A stretch of DNA of 64,000 nucleotides from the human T2T-CHM13v2.0 reference genome, Homo sapiens, in the NCBI RefSeq assembly GCF_009914755.1, contig NC_060927.1; one strand, given 5' to 3'. A program made the translations under genes and the position numbers. The notes below the pieces were generated by a model, which was not told the origin of the DNA, did no database searches, and was given only the letters and a program-made list of their open reading frames with translations. Within the stretch, counting starts at the first letter, position 1. Each line of letters begins with the position of its first letter. Shown here piece by piece: positions 14,501 through 27,930 of this stretch.

Positions 14501-15320
14501 AAACCTAGGCAATACCATTGGGCAAAGACTTCATGACGAAAATGCCAAAAGCAATTGCAACAAAGGTCAAAATTGACAAATGGGATCTAACTAAACTAAA
14601 GAGCTTCTGTACAGCTAAAGAAACTATCATCAGAGTGAACAGGCAATCTACAGAATGGGAGAAAATTTTTGCAATCTACGCATCTGACAAATGTCTAATA
14701 TCCAGAACTTACAAGGAACTTAAACAAATTTACAAGAAAAAAACAACCCCATCAAAAAGTGGGCAAAGGATATGAACAGACATTTCTTAAAAGGAGACAT
14801 TTACATAACCAACAAACATATGAAAAAAAGCTCAACATCACTGATCATCAGAGAAATGCAAATCAAAACCATAATGAGATACCATCTGAAGTCAGTCAGA
14901 ATGGTGAGTACTGAAAAACCAAGAAACAACAGATGCTGGTGAGGCTGTGGAGAAATTAGAATGCTTTTACACTGTTGGTGGGAATGTAAATTAATTCAAC
15001 CTCTGTGGGAAGACAGTATAGTGATTCCTCAAGGATCTAGAACAGAAATACCACTTGACCCAGCAATCCCATTACCAGGTATATGCCCAAAGGAATATAA
15101 ATCATTCTACTATAAAGACACATGCACACTTATGTTTAGTGCAGCGCCATTTACAATAGCAAAGACTCAGAACCAACTCAAATGCCCATCAATGATAGAC
15201 TGGATAAAGAAAACGTGGTGCATATACACCATGGAATACTATGCAGACATATAAAGGAATGAGATCATGTCCTTTGCAGGGACATGGAAGAAGCTGGAAG
15301 CCATCATCCTCAGCAAACTA
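11574..15320 (+). pseudogene. L1 ORF2p (endonuclease/reverse transcriptase), disrupted by frameshifts and stops
   Basis: MTGSNSHITI...LNVNGLN start; LFRDYMI at the FADD catalytic motif position; HCWWECKL. Confidence 0.93.
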
Positions 15321-17108
15321 ACAAAGAACAGAAAACCAAACACCACATGTTCTCACTCATAAGTGGGAGCTGAACAATGAGAATACATGGACACAGGGAG
15401 GGGAACAACACACACCAAGGCCTGTTGGGGGTGGGGGGCAAGGGGAGGGAACTTAGACAACAGGTCAATAGGTGCAGCAAACCACCATGGCACACGTATA
15501 CCTATGTAACAAACCTGCATGTTCTGCACGTGTATCCTGGAATCTAAAGTAAAATTTTTTTTAAATAAAGAAATGGACAACTCTCTAGAATCAAACACCT
15601 TGAAATTCCTTGAATAATTAAGGACCCACGGATTGTTCATCTTTTCATATACAGACCCCAACCTATAATTACTAATTACTAATTGCAGTGAGATCAGAGA
15701 AAAAATAAATGAAAAGTCTACTTTGGAGTCAAAGATATGGTTATTTCAAAGAACAGTTTCCCTATCAATAGTCATTTGTCTAAGACTATATTGATCAGCA
15801 TGAAGTGGCACATTATAGAAGACACTTCTGCACACCTGTTACAGAAAAGCCTCCTCACAATGCCTATTTCTACTAACTAATATATGCTGTCCACTCTAAT
15901 AGGAACTGAAAAAGACACCATTTCCTCAATTTGATAGAGGATACAGTAAATATTTACACAACACTTAAAATGAGAGAGTATATAAACAATAATAGAAAAC
16001 AGGTAATTCAGGGCTAGAATTTCCAATAAAAAATTTTATTTTGTTTTTGTTTTTTAATTAGAGGAAGAGAAAGATCAAGCCATATGTCAGATGTACTTCA
16101 TTCTTTTTTCACAAAAGCATTATCTAGTCATAAAATAGAGGATCACAAAAAGAGCTGAACTGATCATAAAAAGTCTGTATTTCCTGTGCACTACAAACAA
16201 CCATAATCCCTTGAACAATTCCCCAAAGCTCCTAACATCAAACATTAATCAGTCAGTTTAGGATCCATCAGCAAATTTAGGATACCTCCAAAGGGGCCTG
16301 ACAGGTTAGGCAAAGAAAGCATTGCATACCATCAGTTCTTTCACTGATAGCTAAAGATCTATAGGTCAGAGAAGGGCAGGCTCTGATGTCTCCTCCATTA
16401 ATTATTGAAGGTAATATTCCAGATGCTAGTAAATCTTAATAACTTCAAATATCAGCTTCAAAGATGTACTTTTGATGAACAAAGCCAAAACACTTCTCCT
16501 TATCAAAAAGACATGTTATAATGCATATTTTATCTTTCAACGGATATCCTCTCACCAATAAACGTGATCTTTGATCCAAAAATTCTTAGTAATGCCACTA
16601 AAATTTCTCAAAACAAAGTCAGTTTAAACGTGCTTCAGTTAAAACCACTGCCCTATTGCTCTAAAAGAAACATTACAAAATGCAACTACAGACTGTCAAT
16701 TTTTCAACAACTTTGGGAGTGACTGTTTAGACACTGTCAAATGATTTCTAAGCAACCCTGCCACAAGCAGACTGGCTTGCTATAAACACAAGGTGTAGGA
16801 TACATAAGAACTAATATTTGTTAAGGAATTTCTGTGTGCCAGACTCTTGGCTGATCTCTTTGGGTTTGATTGAATCGAATAGTCATCACAATCTGCAGAA
16901 AGGTTTGGTGACTTGATCGCAAGAAGCTGGCTAGTAAGGGACTGAGTAAGAGACTTCACTAGGCAAGTTAAAGTGCTGCTCTACACTCCCATTGCTGTCT
17001 CTGTACCCAGCACGTGGGCACAAATGTAAGAGCCTCGTGAAGGAAAGCATAAGCAAGAACACACTGAGCAGCTCTAGGAAGCTCCTTAAGGTAGAATGAG
17101 AAACTTAC

Positions 17109-17465
17109 TCAGGCAGGCTCCTGCAGTTGCACAATTATCATTCTTCTTAAGTGTGATTACTGCTCAAAGTCAGAAACATCAAATGTGGAAATATTATCCA
17201 AGTAGGGGATCCATCCATGAAAGCAACAATTGAGAGACTTCTACATTCTGCTCTACGACACCTGGAAGGCTCATCTCCGAAGTCACATTCTTTCAAGATG
17301 GTTTGAACAAAATGCAGATCTTTGGTGCAGCAATTAATAGGTACAGTTATGTATACTTCAACAGGCTGAATGTAATCTATCTTGAACTTGCCTTTCAATT
17401 ACTCCGTGCTTGGAGCTTCCTGCAGTGCCTGACTATCTCAAAGTTGCTAACGCAGGGAAATAAGC
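17109..17465 (-). other. Candidate non-coding exon (357 nt)
   Basis: Minus strand TTTTGAATTTCTGATAG/GCTT acceptor and CCTGA/GTAAGT donor; acceptor tract is weak and no transcript evidence is available. Confidence 0.3.
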
Positions 17466-19922
17466 CTATCAGAAATTCAAAACACTTCATCATCACATTT
17501 TAATCATACAAAATAGTAAGTCCTGAGTTTAGCTCATTCCTTGACAAGTCAGAGATGATGAAGTCTTTAATGCTCACCTATTTATACAGCAATCTTTCCT
17601 CCTAATTCCGTCTATCCTATTCTGTTATCTCAAAGATATAACCAGGTGACAGAGTTCAAGTTCATTACCAAGAGAATGTATTTCTCCAGCCAAAGCAAAT
17701 AGAATTTCGATGAAACTTCTAAGTACCTGTTATAAATGCCAAGTATTAAAGGTTCTTTATTCAGCTATTTACAAGACCATCTGTGAAGCCAACATTCTGT
17801 GATCCAAATGCAGATGTTCTATGAAGGAAGGCAAGGCTAAAAAAGAAAATCCTGACAAGGCCCGTGCAGCTACTTAAAGCATAAAGGGAAGTGCAATGGT
17901 CTTACGATTTAAATATAAACCTTTGTTAAATGATGAGGAAACCACAGCAGCAGGGACCTGCTAAACAATCACTCGACTCCTGTGATTGAGCTAAAAGATT
18001 ATATTTGAGATGCTCGGTCCATCGACATATTTACTGAGCCCCTGTTATGTTCCTAGTGTGTTCCAGGCACCATAGCATTATTGTAGGCCTGGCTCATGTA
18101 TGCTGTGATTTGGTGTTTACCTTCGATTCTGAAGTTTAGAAAACCTCTTAACAGGGCTTCAAGATACTTTTCTCTTGTATCTGATTCCAAGTAACCCTGT
18201 ATTTACTCAACCAACAGTCACTGTAGGACTATTCAGAAGTCATGTTAAGTAAAAGGTGGGTTACCTAGAAGCTGACAGTGTCACTGGAGCGGGGTCTTGA
18301 GGATCTAGACATTGGTTCTGTGGTTGCTTAGAAAGGTCTGGGGGCCATGAGGGAGGGCCTATGACAGCAGGGTAGGGGATATTCTCAGAGCAATAGCTAT
18401 GTACAATAGAAATATTTCAATCTTTTAATTACCAGTGTGACTAAACAGAACCTCAGCAGTCCTATGTTGCCTAGTATACATAAATATTTAAGTCCAAGCC
18501 CTATATTCAGGCAGCTCTCCAGCTAAATAATATGCTATAGAATTATCTAACTTTCTCTATCAAGTTCAATAGATTGAGAGAAAGACCAGTTATCTAACAG
18601 CCAGAAGGAAAATCAAGATAAAAACTTGGTGTTAAGTTTTTATGTAAAACATGAAACTATAATATTTTGCTGAATAATTTCAATGACTGCAAATGAACAA
18701 AATCTATTCCACCTTTTGGAATCCCTTTTCAGTTTTAATTCATATATTCCACACTTTCTGCTACAGAGATTTCCATCATGGGTCAAGGATTGAACCAGAT
18801 GATGTCCAATGAGTTGGGATTTCCAAGAGAGACCATGAGCAGTGCTAAAAAGTAGACATTTTGTCACAATATTTAATAAATAGCATTCATTAGAAAAATA
18901 TTATCCCCCTTTAAGCAAATACTATTATTATTTCTCTCTATAATAGAAACAGAGTTCTAACATAATAGTACCTATTCGTTTTACTCAGAGGCATCAATCC
19001 TAATTGGAAATTTTTAAAAATCCAGCTCAAGTTGCAATTCACAGAGGTGGCAAATCTCCTTTAGAGGGCACAGAAATGTACATATGATCTCATTTTAAAA
19101 TGTGTGTGTATACTTTTTATTTCTGAGAAAGCAACAAAATCCTGGCTTCCAATAATGTCCAACTTAATGGAGCATAACTTAAACTCCTTTTAACAAAGTT
19201 TAAATTTTTAAAAGCCCACTGAATTAAAGACATCATGACTAAGACCAAGCTGGAGTGCTCTAGAATCTAGCTTACAACTGTTTGGCCTAAGGAGCCTATA
19301 GCATTGACCCTGCATACATTAAAGCCACCTGTGCTCAAGTCCACTTATCACTCACACCTGCTTACACCATGCTACTGCTCACTACAATACCAATAAGAAC
19401 ATCTGCCTGCTTTAGATAAAGATTCTCTGCACATCTAAATTAGAATAACAAGTTTTTGAACTATTATTGCAAAAGAAACAGCAGTCAATGTGGTAATTTT
19501 TGGGGATCTCTGCCTAGGTTTCATTAGGCTCACCCTAATGTCTTTTTCAGTTTTGGCAGGAGGGCCTGTGCCTGTTTTCATAGCCAAAAGACTGCCATAC
19601 TCACAAATGGCCAAAAAGTATGAAGAAATCCTTCAAGTTTCCCAGGCACTGAACAGGAGGCTCCAAACCAAGTCATCTGCTTGGAGTTTTTATTACTCCA
19701 AGTTCTGTTATAAACTGTACCTCAGTGCTCTTCATGTACGACATGACAGGCAGGAAATCATCCTTACAGCTTTCACATTTAACAAGGCTACTTTTGACCA
19801 AAATGAGCAATGAATTTCAAAATACAGGGACATGGCAAAGTGCTGTAACTCGGAATTAAACAAATCAACACCAAGAAACAATATTCTACTAGCAATTCGG
19901 TAATCACAGGCAAAGATGATAA
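17135..19922. repeat. Diverged inverted duplication, arms 17135-17431 and 19643-19922
   Basis: Several colinear reverse-complement blocks with conserved spacing (see findings). Confidence 0.55.
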
Positions 19923-20514
19923 ATATCCATAATGTTTTTATAAGCCACAAACATGGTTTAATCTAATCTTACACTGTTTGTGTTTATAAAGCCAAGACAA
20001 GGGTGATCATCTAATATTTTCATAACATCTAGTAGAAGGTAGTTAAAAAGATGTTACATTAGACATCGTTACTGCTTCAAAATAAACTCTCACCTTAGTT
20101 AACAAAATGTGTTATGGGTTCTGTGCACATCTGTTATAGGTACCACAGAGACACTATAGCTACTGAACTCGTATGTGTGCTAGACATTCCATTTTGCTTT
20201 TTAAAAAATATATAACAACCTATTATTTATTTACCATAATTATCTCCATTTTACAAAAGTGAGAAGGCTTAAATTTATTTTCCCCAATCCAAAACTGTAA
20301 CTACTCCAGCCCAGGTGTCTCTTTTAAACCTCTTGCTCCGTCTCCACAGACTTCAACATGGAGGAAATTCAGGGGATAAACTATATCCAAAGCAGCCTCA
20401 AAGATTCAGGCAGTAATTTCATTATCATGTCTTACTTGATTTGTACCAAAAAAAAAAAAAAAAGATTAGATTTCAGTTTCACGTCTTCTGTCTCTTACTA
20501 ATTCAGGTACTAAA

Positions 20515-20720
20515 AACAGTTGGTATTTACTGAGTGCTTATTTTGCTCTAAGCCCTTCACATGATTTAACAAATTCCCAAAACAACCCTACAGGGTAGAT
20601 AGTAGCATCATGCTACTTTGCAGGTGAGGATACAGGTATAAAGATGTTAAGTAACTTGCACAGGTAGCCAATTTGGGCCCCTAACTAAGGCAGTCTGGTC
20701 GATGCTTTGACCTTTGTGCT
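20515..20720 (-). mobile_element. MIR
   Basis: TATTTACTGAGTGCTTA...AACAACCCTA...GTTAAGTAACTTGC...AGGCAGTCTG. Confidence 0.75.
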
Positions 20721-22258
20721 ACCTTTCCTCTACCTCTGAAGACAAAAGGTAATTGCAAAATAAAAGTATGATATGCTGAGAAGCAAATAAACTAGATCTG
20801 GTAACCCAAAAAGTATATGTTGCACTCAAGCCCTCCTTGCAGTACCAAACCCACAAAACCAAATGGTGCTGAGTTGTGCATTAGAAACAGGTTAAAAGAC
20901 CTATTAAATAAGCTCAGATCTGAAAGGTAAACAATAAGCTACTGAAATATGATTTTTATTAAGCAATAGCAAACAAGTCTATTTACATTTCAAGAAAGAA
21001 ATGGCAATAATTCATTAGCAAGACAAAATAGAGTCAACCAAACCGATGTAGTTTCTCTCTCCACACACCCACTCCCTTACACACATACTAGCAGCCCTAT
21101 GAAAAACAGGGTTATAATAGAAATGCTGACACAACCAACCTTATAATGTTTCATACGAAAAGCTACAATTATATTTTCTAATTGTAAACTGGGTGAAAAA
21201 AAAAAGGCCAACCAGAACAAAAACATAATAACTACCTAGAAACAGTCCATCAGAATTCTTGGATTATGAAAAATGCATATAAAACACTATTATCTTCAGC
21301 CACAGCCAGAAGATGTCAGACAATCAATTCATATAACATGCCAGCTTAATAAAATCTGCATACAAAATTTATGAATGCAGTAATATTCCTTTATATCACA
21401 AGTTATTAATGGTCAATTTAATGAACATCTACAGCTGGAGTGCTTTCGTTCTGTATGATATTTTAATCATTTTTAGCCATGGATTTAAACGCATTTCATT
21501 TTATAACCATCAGCTAGTGAAGATAAGAAAACCTTTACACAAATAACTGAAATATTTGGGGTAGGCTACCAATTTTGTCTTTATGTTGTTATTTATTTCC
21601 TTAAATTTTTTTTTACAACAGAAACACAATGAAATGTTCCATTATAACAATATTTGATTTAATATTTGTATTTAGAATATGAAAAGTTTGCTTAAAGTAG
21701 CATTACATGTTTGGCTAGCATAAAATCTTCCATTTCATTTCAAATAAAGAACTTTCTAACCTCGTTTATGTGAAACAATCTCGCTCAGAGCTATTATCCT
21801 CCAAAAACTATCCTGGTGGAATGTTGACATCTCGGACATAAATATTCTTGAAAATTAATGTGTTGTATTTCTTAAGTATCCTATTTCCACTCACTTGTTC
21901 ACATAATCTTTAAAAATCCTATTGTGTTCAAGTCTACTTTTCCCACAGATTCTTTACTAAAACTAAATTTTACTATATGATGCTTATGTGGAAGGAACAG
22001 GCAACATAACTGCAAGACAACAGTAGCTATCTGAAAATACAAACATTCAGCATTTAAAATATTGATGTCTTTCTGTGGTCACAAAGTCAAATAATTGTTT
22101 CTCACATTTGAGCATTAGAATTTGGTATTTAAAATTACACTCATCCTTCAGAGTTAATTGAAAGATTTGGATATATAGGAAAAAGGTTAAGAAATCTAGG
22201 TCATAAATACTTCTTAAGGTGCAAGAATTGGCTTCATAAACTAGTAAATGTGCAATAA

Positions 22259-22555
<297 letters not shown>

Positions 22556-23789
22556 TAGTTTGACTGTCTATAGCCTTATAGGACATTACAGGTGAAAATC
22601 AGTAAAAGCCATGTGCACAAAAGATTTAGTGCATTCATGTGTCTTTATTCATTCACTCTATCTTCTGTTGCTTCACTGGTTCCTTTTGGGCTTCCTACTA
22701 TGTGCCAGTTAATCTTTATTTGCTCTGGGCGAGTAACTCCCATTCTTAAAGACCTAATAAAACAGGACACAGTACATGTATACCCACTAATTATAAAACA
22801 GCGTAGAATTGATGGATAAGTGCCAAGGAGAAATACAAATCAAGAATTCAGAGAAAATGGTTCTTACTTGTCGAGAAAAGGGCAAGGGAAGACTTTATAA
22901 AGGTCAACTGGAATTTAGAGGAGTAAAAGAAATAAGGGTATTTTTGGGTAAAGGGCACAACATGAAATTGACTTAAGGACAATACACACAAGGACAAAAA
23001 GTGCCTATGACGTGAGTTTTAAGTTTAAAATACAGACTTTCAACAATGCTTAAATCTGTAGATGGTAGGCATTTTCCAAATTCCTCTAATAAGTAGAATC
23101 AGCCTATATCCAAGGAAGATCATAACTCATTAAATTTCATTTTAACCTTCCTGAATCTGCCTAAATTTTCTCATCTTATCAGGCAAGCCAATATATGCTT
23201 ACACTGTGAGGTTAAAGAAATGAACCTGTGAAGAGAACCTGTCAAATCAAATTATCAACAAGCAATAGTCCCACTATTGGGGAATATATAAGCTGCAATG
23301 TCAATTTTAAAGAAGTGTGCTTACATTTGCATTTTAATTAGGTCACACCTTCAACATCATGATATTAATTTCAGTTTAATGCTCTATTTTATTGCCATTT
23401 CCAAAATGACATTTTTAGACACGGACATAAAGAAAAAAATCTCTACTTTTGTTTTGACAACCCATAAATATTGCAAATTGAAACAATGTTGAACAAAGTT
23501 CAATATTTGGAATATTCAAACGAGAGATACGACTGTGTCTAAAATTCTAAATACTTAGAATTGGATTTCAAAAATATTCCAAGGGAAAATTATTAGATTC
23601 TCATTTAAGAGCATAATGGAGTGTTGAATGGAACATAAAATTCAGGTTCCTGTGAGTCACCAGAAGCTAAATATGAATAGCTCAGAAAAAATCATTTTGG
23701 TTAAGACTTTGCATTAGAATTGAGACATGCTTTGTAGTTTTTTCAGATCAAGAGGGAGGTAGACAAATTACAGAATGTATCTTTGTCCA

Positions 23790-24095
23790 TTAATAAATGA
23801 CATATACTCAAATACATAAAGTTGTAATAACATTCACATAACAAAATTCATCAATCATTTTAAAGTGTAAAATTCAGTGGCATTTTGTACATTCACAATG
23901 TCATGCAACTTTCACCATATCTGTTTCCAGAATGTTTTCATCATCCCAAAAGAAAACTCTGTGGCCATTACAGCCATTCTACATTCCCCACTACCCACTC
24001 CTAACCCCTGGTACCACTAATCTGCTACCTCTATGACTTTGCCAATTCTGGATATTTCACATAAATTGTATCACATAATATGCGACTTTTAGTGT
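23790..24095 (-). mobile_element. Old L1M 3' end (L1MB/MC/ME-like)
   Basis: TTTTAAAGTGTAAAATTCAGTGGCATTTT...CATCATCCCAAAAGAAAC...CACTAATCTGCT. Confidence 0.8.
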
Positions 24096-24102
24096 ATAGT
24101 TT

Positions 24103-25034
24103 TAATTTTTATTTTTGTAGGTACATAGTTGTATATATTTATGGGGTACATGACATGTTTTGATACAGACATGCAATGTGTAATAATCACATCATGTAAA
24201 ATGGGGTATCCATCCCCTCAAGCATTTATCCTTTGTGTTACAAACAATCAAATTATACTCTTAGTTATTTCAAAATGTACAATTAAATCATTATTGACTA
24301 CAGTCACTCCGTTGCGCTATCAAATACTAGGTCTTATTCATGTTTTCTATTTTTTTGTACTCATTAACCATACCCACACCTCCCTGCCCACCACCTGTCA
24401 ACTATCCTTCCCAGCTTCTGGTAATACTCCTTCTACTTACTATCTCTATTAGTTGAATTGTTTCGATTTTTAGATCCTACAAATAAGTGAGAACATACAA
24501 TATTTGTCTTTCTAGGCCCGACTTATTTCACTTCGCAGAATGACCTCCAGTTCCATTCATGTTGTTGCAAATGACATGATCTCATTCTTTTTTGTGGATA
24601 AATAGTACTCCATTGTGATTAAGTACCACATTTTTTAAATCCATTCCTCTGCCGATGGACACTTAGGTTGCTTCCAAATCTTGACTATTGTGAACAGTGC
24701 TGCAACAAACACGGGAGTGCAGATCGCTCTGTGATATACTGACTTCCTTTGGGTATATATCCAACAGTGGGATGTCTGGACTGTGTGTTAGCTCTACTTT
24801 TAGTTTTCTGAGTAACCTCCAAACTGTTCTCCTTAGTGGCTGTACTAATTTACATTCCCACCAACAGGGTACAAGGGTTCCCTTTTCTCTACATCCCCGC
24901 CAGCATTTGTTACTATCTGTCTTTTGGATATAAGCCATTTTAACTGGAGTGAGATGATATCTCGTTGTAGTTCGGATTTGCATTTCTTTGATGATGAAGG
25001 ATGTTGAGCACCTTTTCATATGCCTGTTAGCTAT
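24103..25034 (-). mobile_element. L1MA-type 3' fragment nested in older L1M
   Basis: ORF2 C-terminus on minus ([23 protein letters not shown]); TSD TTTTAGTGTAT(A/G)GTTT at 24087 and 25035. Confidence 0.9.
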
Positions 25035-25369
25035 TTTTAGTGTATGGTTTCTTTCATAAGCAAATGCTTCAAGTACATTCTAACAAATACATTCTCTAAT
25101 TCTTCTTTAAGGGAATACTCTTAAAGAAGAAATGGTCAAGTACTTCATTTCCCAACTGTTTTCTATTTTTCTTTTCCCAAAACTATTCCAAAAAGTTTAT
25201 GGGGCTTTGTGTTTATTGTTTATGAGGTAAACAAATATGAGTTTTTACTCCCAGATTTTTCCAAATTAAAAAGGCAGTGACAAATATCCATTTAAATTAA
25301 AAATCCAAGCCATTATTGACATTGGAACTTGATTCTACATATGCATTAAAAAAAAGACCTAACAGGGGG

Positions 25370-26740
25370 AAACCTACATTGTGTTCATAACTGGGGATAT
25401 CCAACAGCATCAGTATGTCAAATTTCCATAAATGAATCCATGTATTCAATGCCATTCCTTTAAAAAATTTCACGGCCTTTTCCCACAGAATTTGACAAGA
25501 TGGAAAAAAATCATTTGAAAGAGTCAAGGTAAAGAACAGCCAAAATGTGATTAAAAGAAAGGAATGCTTGTCTTTCTAGACATAAAGATACTCTTTAATC
25601 ATAGTAATCAAAGGACTGTATCATTAAAGCTCAAAGAGACCAACTGAACTCAGTGGACAGGCAAGAAACAGATTCACACATTTATGTCAAGACCATGGGG
25701 AAAGAATAGAATGGAACACTGTTTTTCCATAGGAAGAAAAGTAGATTCATAATTTATATCACATATAAAAGATATCCAGATGATATCAAGGCACATATGG
25801 AAAAGAAAACATTAATACATTAGAAAAATATGAAAGTACTGTTATGATATTAACACTGGGAATATATTCTTAAGGTACAGCCAAAATGCATAGACCAAAA
25901 GGAAATTATTAAATTTCATTATACTAAACATTTTAGTATCAAAGGCACTATCCCCTGTCCCGACCCCATCACACATATGGAAACCCACTAAGATTCCAAG
26001 CGAGAAATAAAAAAAAGTCCTGTGATGGATATGATCACAAAGGATTTAAATCTAGAATATATAAAAATACTAATTATTGCAAAAGAAAACAATGACCCAA
26101 TGGAAAAAATTGGCAAAGAATACACACAAGCAATTGACAAAAAGGGACACCTGTTTGCATCCAGGAGCAAACGTTTTACTCCACTGGATAATTGGAGAAA
26201 TGAGAATTAATCCAATAATGTGGTACCATCTTTTACCCACCAGAGTGGCAAACACTTAAAAAGTGTGCCAATGCAAACATCATGGGAAACAGATGTTTTC
26301 ACCCAATGCTATGGAGTATCAACTGACACAAGCACTTAATTAGGACTATAGAACTGCTCTCCAATGTTGGAGAAATGTGTACCTTACAACATGGTGATTC
26401 CACTGCTAGGTAAATATTCTACAGAGAGACTCACCAGTACACTAGGAAACACATACAAAGATATTGGTTTTACATCGTCTTAACTGAGAAAAATTAGAAA
26501 CAACCTTTAAAAAGGAATAGGAAATTAATTTGTCTTCCACTCAGGGACTAGAATACAATACAGGAGGTAAAAATGAAAGAATGAGGGCTTCATTTATCCA
26601 TGTAGCTGTATCTCAAAAACAATGCCGAGTAAAAGAAACTGATTATGTACAGCAGGACACAGTCAAGAAAATATTAAATACATCAAACAACATGATTTCC
26701 TTTTTAGGGATACAGATGCACATTAAAAACAAATAAAAAC
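25370..26740 (+). mobile_element. Highly decayed L1ME-type fragment
   Basis: A-rich strand with ORF2 3' remnants (ATTCAATGCCATTCC, TACCATCTTTTACCCACCAGAGTGGCAAA, ATTCCACTGCTAGGTA). Confidence 0.6.
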
Positions 26741-26814
26741 AAAAAACAAAAAAAAACATGCAAACCTAAGCAGGTAGAAAACCTACCAACTTCAGGTCAG
26801 TAAACGCCTCTAAA

Positions 26815-27020
26815 GCAGTTCTCAAAAGGGGGTAACTTTGCCTCCCACATGTGGCAATATGTGGAGATATTCTTTGTTATTCACAACTAGGAGGGGGCAT
26901 GGTATTGTATCTGGTCGGTACAGGTAGAGTTGCTGCTAAACACTTACAGTGCACAGGACAGCCCCCACAAGAAAGTAGTTATCTGGTCCAAAATGGCAAT
27001 GGTTACAAGGTTGAGAAAGG
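26815..27020. mobile_element. MER20 (hAT-Charlie)
   Basis: GTTCTCAA...GGCAATATGTGGAGA...GCTGCTAAACA...TGCACAGGACAGCCCCCACAA...AAGGTTGAGAAA. Confidence 0.85.
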
Positions 27021-27707
27021 CAGCCCTAAAAACAGAGGAAGGAGAATAAGATGACAGGTGGGGAAGATGAAGTGTATCTATAACTTTTCATTCTAAGAAA
27101 AGATCTGAAGCATGTATGAAAATATGTTAAATTTTTTAAGAAGGACTGCCACATTATTCTTTGTACATTCTTATATTTGAAATATCTCTTTAATCAGTTC
27201 AAAAATATAAAAATCATTCTGCAAACAAACACAGTTAATTTCTAAATTTGATGAAAATTACATAATTCTTTTATTAGCCTATTTCTATAAATATATCTTT
27301 GGAAAAACAATATTCTCACACTCACGATCAAACGTATTTGCACTTTTTTTCAGTGTTTGTTCTACACAGAGCTATAAAAGGAAGACTGTGGAAGAACCCA
27401 GGATTTATCCAGGATCACAGGATCATTTCATTATTACAGTTTCAGGCAAGAACATTCTAAAACCAGCTCAGAGAAAGCTAATTCCGTCCTTTCCTGGTTA
27501 TATAGCAGATCATAATAATTCCAGGCAATTCTCTGAAGAAGCTGATGATCTAGAACAGTGGGCTTGCATCACACACCCCATCATGCTTCCTTAAGTACAT
27601 GGCTTAGGATGCTGATTTCTCCCAACCTCATGGGTTTCAGTAGTTCCTACAAACTACTTTGAGATCAACCAGTGCATAATTTTATTTTTTCCTTTAGTTC
27701 CTTAGTG

Positions 27708-27930
27708 CAGAGGATGGCAAACTTTTTCTGTAAAGGGCAAGATAGTAAATATTTTGGGCTTTGCAGGCCATATGGTCTCTGTCACAGCTACTCATCTGTG
27801 TCACTGTAACACAAAAACAGCCATAGAGGATACATAAAGGAACAAATGTGGCTGTGTTCCAATAAACCTTTAGTTACAGAAACAGGCAGGGAGCTAGACT
27901 TGGCTCCAAGCCATAGTGTCGCCAACACCA
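27708..27930. mobile_element. MER58A (hAT-Charlie)
   Basis: GGCAAACTTTTTCTGTAAAGGGC...GGCTGTGTTCCAATAAA. Confidence 0.85.

Larger units (their letters stand above)
10888..15570 (+). mobile_element. 5'-truncated decayed LINE-1 (L1PA8-10 age class)
   Basis: C-terminal ORF1, ORF2 fragments (EN, RT, C-terminal Cys region), 3' UTR with G-rich tract and A-rich tail. Confidence 0.97.

Noticed and set aside
10866-15254. ORFs with real protein similarity (214 aa, 166 aa and others)
   Set aside because: Fragments of a frameshifted, 5'-truncated L1 with a broken RT motif; not an active element or host gene
17147-19813. ORFs in the arms of the older inverted pair as viral or transposase fossils
   Set aside because: No recognisable motif and the two translations do not align convincingly
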